From assembly GCA_002269645.1 (NCBI GenBank), contig NIVC01002173.1, positions 92,914 through 156,333 on the forward strand: a stretch of DNA of 63,420 bases. The letters run 5' to 3'. Origin of the DNA: Macrostomum lignano (taxonomy: Eukaryota). Each line of letters opens with the position of its first letter. The first letter of the stretch is position 1. The position numbers and the translations under genes are program-made. Under the pieces are notes generated by a model. The model was not told the DNA's origin. It was given only the letters and a program-made list of their open reading frames with translations, and searched no databases. Below, piece after piece: positions 48,525-60,174 of the stretch.

Positions 48525-49215
48525 GCCAAAGCTACTGCAACGGGGAACCAAAGCTACTGCAACGGGACACCAAAGCTACTGTATCGTGACACCAAAGCAA
48601 CTGCAACGGGGCACCAAAGCTACTGCAACGGGGCGCCAAAGCTACTGTATCGGACACCAAAGCTACTGCAACGGGGCGCCAAAGCTACTGTATCGGACAC
48701 CAAAGCTACTGTAACGGGACACCAAAGCTACTGTAACGGGACACCAAAGCTACTGCAACGGGGCACCAAAGCTACTGCAACGGGAGACCAAAGCTACTGC
48801 AACGGGACACCAAAGCTACTGTAACGGGACACCAAAGCTACTATATCGGAGCACCAAAGGTACTGCAACGGGACACCAAAGCTACTGCAACGGGGTACCA
48901 AAGCTACTGCAACGGGACACCAAAGCTACTGTATCGGGACACCAAAGCTACTGTAACGGGACACCAAAGCTACTATATCGGAGCACCAAAGCTACAACGG
49001 GACACCAAAGTTACTGCAACGGGACACCAAAGCTACTGCAACGGGACACCAAAGCTACTGCAACGGGACACCAAAGCTACTGCAACGGGACACTAAAGCT
49101 ACTGTATCGGAGCACCAAAGGTACTGCAATGGGACACCAAAGCTACTGTAACGGGACACCAAAGCTACTATATCGCACGAAAGCTACTGTAACGGGACAC
49201 CAAAGCTACTGTATC
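48525..49215. repeat. 21-22-bp minisatellite, possibly inside a degenerate MITE (~48363-49288)
   Basis: CCAAAGCTACTGCAACGGG(G/A)CA, ~30 copies; weak GTAGCCAG/CTGGCTAC inverted ends. Confidence 0.9.
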
Positions 49216-51359
49216 GGGGCGCCATATAACTTTGCCACTCCTTGCCAGCAGAGGAGGAGGTGCTCACTGCCCCTGACCTGGCTACCCCTCCAAAGAAATG
49301 CGAAACTTCCAACTGACCCGCAGGCGGAAGAAACGTCTTCGGCTGCGCTGGAGAAGGGCGGCAAAGCGCCACCCGCGAATGGGTCCAAACAGCGATCGAT
49401 ATTTCGCATTTCTAGCGACCTGTACGAAGCCTGGAACTAGCGCAATGTAAATGCAAGCAGCTGAGGCACAGGCGTCTTGAAGATACTTTTTTCTATGAAT
49501 TTACAACTCTTAATTCAAATATTTTTTTAGTTAAGGAATCTCTGTTTGACAGGTCTTTATCAGTTAAATTTAACTTTTTCAACTTAAAATTAATTTTCAC
49601 TGAATGAAAGGAACCTAGGTACCTGGTAAATGCGGTAATTTAAAGTACTATGATCGCATTAAATGTTTCAGTGCAGCAGTGGGGTTGCGGAACCAGGTAA
49701 GCAGGTGCATGAAAACTTGCATAACTTGGAAAAGTAGGAGTTGTTGTTTTAATGCACTCAGAACAGCTGCTGAACTGAGGATATTTAAATATCAATATTT
49801 GATGGTATTATTAATTTTTAACTAATTTATGAGTACATGAGCTGCAAAATTTCCCGAGTATTCGTACGTGTAAATGCATGTCGGCATCGGCACTCTTTCA
49901 CCGTGCGCGTCATTTTCTGTCAATCCTAATTCTTTTCTTTCGTCATGCAGAAACTCGAGCCTCTCTTTGGATGGTTGTGTTGTCCGAATACAACATAATT
50001 ATAATTGCAAATGATTTCTACTTTGTGTCTTACGAGCTAATTATAAATAAAAATTAGTAAAGAAATTCAAACCAACAAGTTTTCAACCGCAAAAAATCAA
50101 CAAGGACAGATCTCTGAATTCCTGGACAGCAGCATTAAAATTATTGTCAAAGTCGTCTTGTCCATAATTTTGCCAGAGGTTTCAACGCACATCAGACTAC
50201 ATTTTAAAAGGAACGCGCGATTGTCTTGCTAATTTGAGGGTCTTGCCGCACCCTGCCGCACACCGATGCCAGTCTGCAAGCAACTGTGTGAGTCAGTTTC
50301 GTGGCCTGATCTTCAGTTGCGAAATTTCATAGCAAAGACCACTGTTGACCAAAGACCAAAGTAACCCCCACCCCCAGTTTGAAACTGAAGCGCTTTGTCT
50401 CTCTGGCTGAAAACTCGTAAATGAAATAAATAAATTCTGCACTCTTTCCTAGCATTATGACTGAATAATTCGTAGCCGTACGCAGCTGAGGCCCTTGGCG
50501 TAGGGAGACGGGCAGGAATGACAATTATGTCTTAGTTAAGCTGCCGAATTGCGGCAGACAATGGCTTGCTTGCTCGAGGTTTGAAATAAGCTCGATGAGT
50601 AGAGAGAATATCTAAGTATGAAGTACTACGCACATGCCACTCTTCTCCGAGACCCTTGATGTGGGCCTCTCCTCCGGGTGCGAATGCTCTAACAACGCTC
50701 TAAAAGCACCGAACAGCAGAGCCAACGCTAGATAGAAACTTTCAATAAACCAGCAGTTAAAGCTGCCGCTATTTTATTTCGAATCCGGGATAGAGCATTG
50801 CGGATACTGCATCAAAATAATCTTCTGCCACCTCTATAAATATTTGAGGTAATTTCTCAAACACCTGGCTTCATAGATTGATGCCGAGCTTACTAGAGCC
50901 ATAGGCAACCATGGCGACCAAAGAAATGTTCGAAGAGCTGGAATATTACAAAAACTACCAGCTGGATGAAGGCGAGATCGACCTGCGCTTCTACCTGCTC
51001 AACGTGGAGCACCTGGAGGAGAAGATCCGATCGGGAGAGTACCCCACCCCTGCCGTGCTCTCCGCCCGGCAGCGAGAGAAAGGACAGCCGCCCAGAGACC
51101 CGAGCGCTACGAACGAGCCGCCGTTCCCGCCGCGCCGCGCCGCCGCAAGGAGGAGATCTTCAATGCCGCCGCGTACACAGAGAAGGACGCGTACGTCAGG
51201 TCGCTGCTGCCGGAGCCTGCAGAGACGGAGGAGAGCTTTGCGGCGCGCATGTTCCAGCATTGCAGCCCGAATCTGGACAAGGTCCGGGCTGCCTTCGTCT
51301 TCGTGAGCTCCGCCAAGGTGGACCAGCTGACAGAGGCGGAGAGCGCTTCGGAGCTGTAC

Positions 51360-51727
51360 AGGCTGGCTCAGAAGCTGCGTACAGTTAACTCTTTCGTCGA
51401 TTTGTTTGAGAAACTCCTGAAGTAAGTGGCTTTTAAATGCTTTTATTATCCCAAACGATAAACCATAGGCGTATATACATGTTTTATAAGACATTTTTGT
51501 ATCATCTGCACTAATGTGTCTTCATGAAGCTGTAAAGGGAGCGGTGTGGTGTGCTGAACCACGGGGCGCCATTGGAGTTTTAAGACGTCAGCATTGGTGG
51601 CGCCAAAGTATCTGGATAGTTGCTGGGGTACTGCTATAAAGCCAAGTCAGCGGTAAGCGGGAATGGCCATTATTTTCGCGGCCTGATTCGGCTGGCTACG
51701 TCTGTGTTGAGCAGGGTCAAACAAGTC
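51360..51727 (+). repeat. 368-bp direct repeat, left copy
   Basis: AGGCTGGCTCAG...GTCAAACAAGTC; apparently identical to 53925-54292. Confidence 0.95.
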
Positions 51728-53924
51728 TTTGACTTACTTGACTTAGCTGCAGGGCTGTCCCGGAGGGGACACAGCGGGAAGGCGCGGGCGCCCATTCCGC
51801 TAGTCCCTGAACGGCCGACGCGTCGCTATGGACGGAGGGTTGGCGCCGCCCAGGGAGGTCCCCCAGTGTCGCCAGCAGCTATGGTGCTCTCTGGAAAGGA
51901 GAGTTCAGCCCTGCGGGTGGCCCGAAGGTAGCGCATGAGCTGATTAAAGTTTTCGGGTTTGCACGCTTCAGTAATAGATGTGTGTGGCCCGAGGTAAGTG
52001 AGTCTGGCCCGCGTGAAGGCGGGACAGATGCTGACGAAATGCTCAGCGGTTTCGTCACCTGAGTTGCAGAAACTACAGGTGGCGTTGGTGGCGTTGCCCT
52101 GCAGGTACTGGTGCCTGGAGAAGCAGCCGTGACCAGAGAGGGTCATGGTGGCAGCCCGGATGTCTCTGCGCGAGAGGCGCAAGAGGAGCTTCCGGAGCTG
52201 GTGAGAGGGCTGAGGGACAGCGCCTCTGGATTGCCTGCAGTTCGTGCGGTTCGCCCAAGTCGAGCGGTGCTGAGTCCTGATCCACGCTTTGATGCGCGAG
52301 TCGATGACACAGCCAGGGATCGGGACAAGAGGTTCGGGGCCGAGAGAGGAGCCGGAGGCACCAACTTTTGCAAGGGTGTCAGCCAACTCATTTCCTCGGA
52401 TCCCCACATGCCCCGGAACCCACTTAAGGGTAATTTTGTTGGCGGAACCCAACACATTGAGGAGTTTGATACAGTCAAGGACTGTAGCAGAGTTGGTGCT
52501 GCAGCCACTGATGGCGTGCAAGGCAGCTTGGCTGTCCGAATGGAAAATGATGTTCTTACCAGTAACGCCAGTGGCGAGAAGCTCTGCAGTGCAGGAGCTG
52601 ATGGCCAGAACTTCATTTTGGAAAACACTGGAGTTGATCCCAGTGTATTGAGCGTGGGTAGCGATGACCCTCCCGTTCAGAAAGATTCCAACACCAAAGC
52701 CGGTGTTGGCTGACTGCTTAGAACCGTCGGTGTAGCAATGAAGCTCACCAGGGTTCCAATGGTCATTGATGTTATCGCGCGAGTCGATAGCTACGGAGTA
52801 GCGCTGTCTCAGGTTGAGCGTTGAGGCAATGCCATCGGTGAAGACGCGATTGGCCTGACACTCGTTGAGAAAGTTGAGGCACAGATCGCTATGCGGGACA
52901 AGGTTCCGCTTAGCAGGTGCTCTCATGTAAATGAATTTGACGCCGGCATCAATTAGACGCCGCGTCGTTCTAGCCGCCTCACCCCTGATGAAGAGGTCAA
53001 GAGGCGGAAGATTAAGAAAGGCCCCCATGCCAGCAAAGGGCGTGGACCTGGTGGCGTTGCAGATGAGCCTACACGCTCTGCCTTGGATCGTGTTGAGCAG
53101 GTCTGCATGGCTTTTGACCTGGGTAGCGCTAACCCAGACAACAGAGGCGTACGTAATGGCAGGTCTAACTACGGAAGTATAGATCCACCAAAGCCGCTTT
53201 GGGGATAGACCCCAAGAAGTGCCAAGTGCTCGTCGGAGCTGGGCCAGGATGGCTGAGGCACGCTTAGCTTTTGCTTTCACGTGGAAGGACCAGTTGAGCC
53301 GGTGGTCAAGTGTGACCCCGAGACATCTGGTCTGGTGCGCGAAGGCAATATCTCTGCCGTAGAGCTGCAGAGGACGTATGTTCCAGCGTAGTCTGCTGGT
53401 AAACATAATGGCAACGGTTTTGGGCTCAGAGAGTTCCAAACCATTGTCATTGGCCCAGGATTCTGCTTTGCGGATAAAGCTCTGCATCAGATCCCTGAGC
53501 GTGCTGGGAGACGGTCCTGCCACAATGGCCGTGACGTCATCAGCATACCCGACTTTGAAGACGGGGTCAGGTCGGGAGTCACTCAGAAGAGCGTCCATGA
53601 CCAGGTTCCAGAGCGTCGGGGTGAGGACTCCGCCTTGGGGTCCACCCTTACAGACTCTGGTGGAGGCAGTTTGCCCAAGAAGTTGGGCAGTGACCGTACG
53701 GTTGGAGATCATGTACATGATCCACCGTATGAGGGTAGCATGAGCTTTGCGATTTTGAAGGGCCCTCTGAAACGCTTCAAAGATAACGTTGTCGAAGGCG
53801 CCAACAATGTCAAGAAAGAGAGCCAGGGCGTAACCGTCACCCAGTACCGCCCGTTCAATCTTTTCGACAATCGCATGCAGGGCGCTGTCAGTCGACCTCC
53901 CGGTACGGAAGGCGTGCTGATTAT
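51728..53924 (-). mobile_element. 5'-truncated non-LTR retrotransposon (R1/LOA/I-like) encoding RT, RNase H and a Cys/His motif
   Basis: Open frame 53924-51826: NQHAFRTGRSTDSAL..LFLDIVGAFDNV, GPQGGVLTPTLWN, GYADD, YTDGSK..SDSQAAL..WVPGHVGIRGNELAD, CSFC..ETAEHF..CP; 3' tail TAAGTCAAGTAAGTC. Confidence 0.95.
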
Positions 53925-54292
53925 AGGCTGGCTCAGAAGCTGCGTACAGTTAACTCTTTCGTCGATTTGTTTGAGAAACTCCTGAAGTAAGTGGCTTTTA
54001 AATGCTTTTATTATCCCAAACGATAAACCATAGGCGTATATACATGTTTTATAAGACATTTTTGTATCATCTGCACTAATGTGTCTTCATGAAGCTGTAA
54101 AGGGAGCGGTGTGGTGTGCTGAACCACGGGGCGCCATTGGAGTTTTAAGACGTCAGCATTGGTGGCGCCAAAGTATCTGGATAGTTGCTGGGGTACTGCT
54201 ATAAAGCCAAGTCAGCGGTAAGCGGGAATGGCCATTATTTTCGCGGCCTGATTCGGCTGGCTACGTCTGTGTTGAGCAGGGTCAAACAAGTC
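53925..54292 (+). repeat. 368-bp direct repeat, right copy
   Basis: Begins exactly where RT homology stops. Confidence 0.95.
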
Positions 54293-57200
54293 AATTATGC
54301 CAGCTCTACAGTGATTGACCAGATGTGTCTGACTGCGGTGGATGGATGGTGGATTTTGCCCATTTGTTTAATGAAGCTTAGAGGTTTAATGCCTCAAGAG
54401 ATCTGTAACCAATGGTCAAGTGTTCCGTTAGTCTCCGAATTTACGAGCTACAACAGCAAAACTACCATCTGAGTTAGTGTTATGGTAAGCCTTCGAGGGA
54501 CGCATTGCTTCCTTAAGCAGTTCGTTAAGTCCTTGTGTGTACTGACGAAAATCTCATCTGACGATAAGGCGTTAGGAAAATTCCCTTTTAAAGTGTAGTG
54601 GTAAAATAGCAGATTTTATTTATAAATTTTTTGTCTTACGTGCACTTTCTATAGTTCACGAATGTTTCTGTGGATTTCAACTACAGCTGTTTCGAAAGTG
54701 CTGCAATCAAAAATTACACTATGTATTCTCTTCCTCTCGCAATGCAGGCTTGGACAGGTCCCATATAAACGCATCGAAGGTTACAAAAAGGTGGACAGAG
54801 TCGGCTATGAGCCCATAAATAGAGACATTTGGTTTGCCTGCTATGTTGAAGGTGAGTGGCGGTTCGTGGACCCCAGGCGAGGCTCCGTCGGTATTTTCGG
54901 ATTCAGCCGCGGAGACTTCCAGGAAATTAGCAACGATGGAAGCGTGAAGGACGCCGAAAAGTCCGAGGGCAAAACTGTTTATGATACCAGAGAGTTTTTC
55001 TTCTTGACTGATCCCGACAAGCTCATTCAAACTCATTGCCCGCGTGAGGCTTTTCACATCGACTGGCAGCTCCTGGTGCGCCCACTCAGCGTCACTGAGT
55101 TCAAAAGGATGCCCAGGTTTTTCATCGGGTCTACGGAATCCATCTGCGAATTCATAAATAAACTGAAGCCACTCAGTCACCCGTGGGAGGTCATTGCGGC
55201 TGCTCCTGGTACTACAAAAATTGACTTTCTCAAAGAAGACGACAATATTCTGATCTCATCAAGTGTCGCAATTCACAAAAAGGACGTTAATGAAAAAAGC
55301 AAAACTGCTATTAAGAAAGAATTCGAAAGAAAGGGGAATGAGTGCTTATCAAAGCAGATAAATAAAAAGAATGGTCGAACTAGAATAAGATTCAAGCCTC
55401 CCTGTGCAGGAAAGTTTAAGTTTAACGTTCATCTGCAGCGGAGCGGCTCCAGCCCTAGACCGTTGCTATATGTCTCGTACGTCATCCACTGTCCAAAGGC
55501 TGCCAAAAAGAATCAACGGTTGCCTCAAGGCAAAAGCGAGCTTCCATACTTTGGCCCAGGCGAAGAGATGGAAAATGCCGGGCTCAACACAAGCGAGGAG
55601 GGAGAGATCTACGCAAGCAATGGAGAGCACCTGCTTACGATTACGCGCGTCGATCAGAGACGCCAAGTTCCCAGGTGTGAGCTGATGAGTGCAACAAACG
55701 AGCAGCTGCCGACAAGAAACGTGCTGGTCTGGACTGTCGATTCGAACATTTTCATCCTGTTCCTTTCGCCCGACTCAGGCTCGTACGCCCTGGTGATGTA
55801 TAACGGAGCAGTACCGGTGTGCCAGTTCCTGGTTGACGCTCCCTCTGAGTTCAGAGACGCTTCCGAGTTCCCGCCGCCCAATTTCAACGAGCTTGGCGGT
55901 CTGGGCTTCTTCAACAGCGATCTGAGCCACGCTTTTCAGCCAGAGAGTCACAGCGATTCCCATATTCTATGCGAAGAGTCGACGCTGAATGTTTCATTCA
56001 GAATCAGCGAGATTCAGGCTGAGATCCAAGCGGAGCTGCTGCACATCGTCTCGGATGGTCGGGGCGAGGTCTCGCAGGGCTACTCTCTTGTCAGCTCCCC
56101 ATCCAGAGAGCAGTCGAACGTGAGCATGAGATTTCCCATCGCTGGTCACTACGTTGTGAGAGTGAACGGAAGACGCAACAGGTCAGAGTCTTGGCGGCCC
56201 TTCTGCAACTACTTCATCCGGGCTGTGGGCGAGCTCAACGGTGAAGCAGAGCAGTTTCCTCAGGCGATGGAAGCCTGGAGCAGCAGAGATCAGGTGTTAC
56301 TGCCAAGACAGAGCGTTCTTCCTGTAGAAGAAACGGTCCACTTTGCTCTCCGAATGAGCAACCCCAACGTGAACTCGGTATCGCTTATTGTCAATGAATC
56401 AAAGGATACTCGAATCGAGCTGAAAAAGCATGAAAATGTCATGTGGAAAGGTTCAGTAAAGGCGCTTCAAAGTGCGTCCGGACAATCAGCTCGAGTCGTC
56501 AGCAGCGAGTCTTCAGGAAGCTCCAATGTGTGTGGAAATTTGTTAAACTACCGGTTCGAGTCCGCGGAGGACACAAAAATTCGAAATTCTAACAGAAAAT
56601 CAGCTTCGGAGCTGAACAAGCGACGAAAAATCAGCGAACGGCGGCGAAAGCGGAAGCAAGAAAACTTTGAGTTGGATGAGATGGCCATGGATCTGCTGCC
56701 TGAAGATCCGGGAGAGGAAACTGGGGTCAGTTGGTTTTTAATTTTTTTAATGGTTATTCGTTGACAATAGTCCAATAGTCTTGGCACTGCTGGCATTTAG
56801 TCTGTTGTGTATGCCGCATAAGCGAGCAGTAGAGACAGTGCAATCTAAAACTGAAGATTCTGTCGTGTCCAAATAAATATTCAGTCTTACCGCCATCTAC
56901 TTACGTCTTCCAATCATTGACTGTAGAGTAATACCTGAATTTTTTCATTTACTCAGAACCAGAATCCGGACAAGACAGCTCAGCGGGAGCAAATGATGAG
57001 GAACTGCTTCAGAACACTGAGTGGGTCCGACTATATCATCGCCTCCGCAGATCAGCACAGGAGTGTTCAGGCTGCACTGCTTCTGCTAAATCATTGCGAA
57101 CAGGAAACCCAGGTAAGATACTTCATAAATATATTTTCAACTATTTGCTGCGTAGAAGACAGCAGAAGCAGCTTCAAGAAAAATTATTGCAACCATCCAC

Positions 57201-58189
57201 CGAAGGACTGGAGTCGATGTCGCGCCGTGATGAGGCGCATTCTCAGGGAGCAAATTCGCCCGGATGTGGACCGAATTCACCCCAAAATCGCAGAGAAGTC
57301 GCTTTCCATTCTGGACAGTTTGCAGGAACTTCGATATAAGGAAACCCTTCAACGACCTGCAGAAACCAATCTCAGGAAGTGGGTAAGTTTGAAAAGGCAT
57401 CGATGAAAAATTCGCAGACACTTATCTGAAACTTCGCTTCGTTCTCTCCAAATTGCAGACAAGGGTACTGGCAAAGGAAGTTTTAGCCAAGGATCCGAAT
57501 GAAAAACATCCTGCTGCCTCTAGAGCGGATCAGGTGCGAATTATGGAAGTTGATTCCGAAATTATCGAGGCCTGGAAGTAAGAAAAAACTGAATTAACGA
57601 ATTACGAGCACTTAATTACTAACGAAAAACTCCATAGTCGAAGATTTTTTAGCATAGCAGTTTATTTTTTTAGGATAAAACATAAAGTCACAGTTGAAAC
57701 AGTACATTGGTAATATATAATGTTCACCCCATTATCAGGAGTCAGCCGAATGGGAGAACCCTCCGCAACCCGCCACAAGCCTTTTATGATTAGTAATGAA
57801 ATTCCCCAAGTAGTTTCTATTATTAGTATTGAAAAAAAGCCCCGTTCACACCAAAAAATTCGGGTCAGGTGTGCACTTTCTCGCTGTTTTTGAAACTCAA
57901 TCTAGAGCCCTACAATGCTACTGTAATTCTATCAATACTGCGCTAAATTTTTTGCCTGAGGGTCACATTATACTTATCACCCAATGAAAACCTCTACATC
58001 TGAGCTTTTGCTTTATGTTTTAGTTAATAGATAGATGTATGACAGTTTCAATGAAAACATTGTCCAAGATTTGATTTACCGTTGTAATATTCGATTTTAT
58101 CCCAGAAAATCCTTATCCCTATGATTTATTGAGGATGAAGTATGCCTTTCTTGGAAGCTACGATTATAAACACTCGGGCCTTGGGCCTC

Positions 58190-59000
58190 GGCAGGGGTTG
58201 ACATTGGGGTTGGTGATGTGTGCGGGGCAGAGTTGGCAGTGGGGTTGGTGGTGTGTGCGGGGCAGGGGTTGACATTGGGGTTGGTGGTGTGTGCGGGGCA
58301 GGGGTTGACATTGGGGTTGGTGGTGTGTGCGGGGCAGGGGTTGGCAGTGGGGTTGGTGGTGTGTGCGGGGCAGGGGTTGGCAGTGGGGTTGGTGGTGTGT
58401 GCAGGGCAGGGGTTGGCAGTGGGGTTGGTGGTGTGTGCGGGGCAGAGTTGGCAGTGGGGTTGGTGGTGTGTGCGGGGCAGAGTTGGCAGTGGGGTTGGTG
58501 GTGTGTGCGGGGCAGGGGTTGGCAGTGGGGTTGGTGATGTGTGCGGGGCAGGGGTTGACATTGGGGTTGGTGGTGTGTGCGGGGCAGAGTTGGCAGTGGG
58601 GTTGGTGGTGTGTGCGGGGCAGGGGTTGGCAGTGGGGTTGGTGGTGTGTGCGGGGCAGGGGTTGACATTGGGGTTGGTGGTGTGTGCGGGGCAGGGGTTG
58701 ACATTGGGGTTGGTGGTGTGTGCGGGGCAGGGGTTGGCAGTGGGGTTGGTGGTGTGTGCGGGGCAGGGGTTGGCAGTGGGGTTGGTGGTGTGTGCGGGGC
58801 AAGGGTTGGCAGTGGGGTTGGTGGTGTGTGCGGGGCAGTGGTTGTCAGTGGGGTTGGTGGTGTGTGCGGGGCAGGCCGGGTTGGCAAGTGGGTGAGTGGT
58901 GGTTGTGGGGCAGGCCGAGTTGGCAAGTGGGTGGGTGGTGGTTGTGGGGCAGGCCGAGTTGGCAAGTGGGTGGGTGGTGGTTGTGGGGCAGGGGTTGGCA
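58190..59000. repeat. 35/36-bp G-rich minisatellite, ~22 copies
   Basis: GGGGCAGGGGTTGGCAGTGGGGTTGGTGGTGTGTGC. Confidence 0.95.
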
Positions 59001-59497
59001 GGAGTGTCGGCGTTGGAGCATGGAGCATAGATGCCAACGAAAGTAAGCAGATATTTGAAAATTAGGGTAATGTTTTAAATGAATTTTATGTACGCTCGTA
59101 TTTTATCAATTAAAATGTTAATAAAGTTTGGATAAATTCTGATAAGGGCACCGCACCGTTTGTGCTCTCTCTTGCTTTGTGCACTTTGTACAGCCTTGTG
59201 TACTTTCTCTTTCTCCCTCTACGTCTCTCTGCCCCCTGCGCACCCCCGATCTGGGTTTGTCTGTTTGCGTGGAGTCAATTTTGATCTATTTTCATCAGTT
59301 CTCATCTATTTTAGTTTATAGTTGCTACTCTTTACTATTAATTCTTGTTGATCGCTGTTTCATTTCTTTCGCGTCGAAATAAATTCGCTTTAACTGTCCA
59401 AGTTTTTTATCGCTTGCGCGCTTCGCCCCTTGCCGCTGGGAATGATAAAAGTCGGATTTGCGGCACGAAGTCTTGGTTCGATTGAGTATATTTGATT

Positions 59498-60174
59498 TCA
59501 ATCTAAGCCGAGTCTCAAGCTTCCGTGAGTTGACGGAGAGTTTAACTGAATACGAACAGCCGAGTGACTCATATTGTAGTCTTCGTGCTGTTCTTCTCGC
59601 AAAGACTGGCCCGTCTTTCGGTACGAATAGTAAAGTGTGGAGCCCCAAAAATTGCTTCGAGTTTTCATCAGCGCCCCGATCATGCTGACCCTTTTGCAGT
59701 CCCTGAACAGAATTAGGCAGTTGTAGAAGAGCCTCGCTGTGGCCTTGGAAGACTCCGAGTATTTTTGGAGTCTTTTGGCTCTGGCCTTTGACATCAGGTT
59801 GTCCAGGCCCCAGTAGCCGCTCCAGTCCCAGCTGTTCACGCCAATCGTGATGATGATGTTGCTGGGTTGGCACGGTAGAACTAGAAGCCGCGGCACGGAG
59901 CGAAGTACGTGGTGGTGTATTGTTGGGGAACCTGGCGGAAATTTCTTCGTAGAGAATCTGCGACATCCTATCGTATATAACACCCCTCGCACCGGCCACG
60001 GTGTCCCTGACCAGCTGTTCGTCGGCAGCCGACATATTTGAATTGACCAAGTACGTGTCTACTGCAGCGAATGAGTTCCTTGCAGCAGACAGGAGCAGCA
60101 AGGCGACAGCCGTTGAGAACACACTTGCCGAGAGCAATTTTTTCGAACTGAGTTTTGCTGGTATCTGCGAGAGA
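59498..60174 (-). pseudogene. Decayed gene for an unknown secreted protein
   Basis: Signal-peptide-like VFSTAVALLLLSAARNSFAA. A protein-like path EEISARFP/QYTTTYFAPCRGF*FYRANP/SNIIITIGVNSWDWSGYWG needs two frameshifts and crosses one TAG. Confidence 0.4.

Larger units (their letters stand above)
50911..57581 (+). pseudogene. KY/hillarin-like protein, copy 2; 5-nt frameshift in exon 1 and a LINE in intron 1
   Basis: Exons 50911-51421, 54748-56725, 56957-57112, 57206-57382, 57459-57581. Extra CGCGC at ~51135 relative to copy 1; the other exons are open. Confidence 0.7.

Noticed and set aside
52073-53985. Plus-strand ORFs inside the LINE
   Set aside because: Antisense shadows of a GC-rich RT/RNase H frame.
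2234-59065. Long repetitive ORFs (AAHT, CPGLYPQ, MTAQCRC, PAHPGE, PTPAPHT and others)
   Set aside because: Translations of stop-free minisatellites, open in several frames on both strands and mostly intronic.
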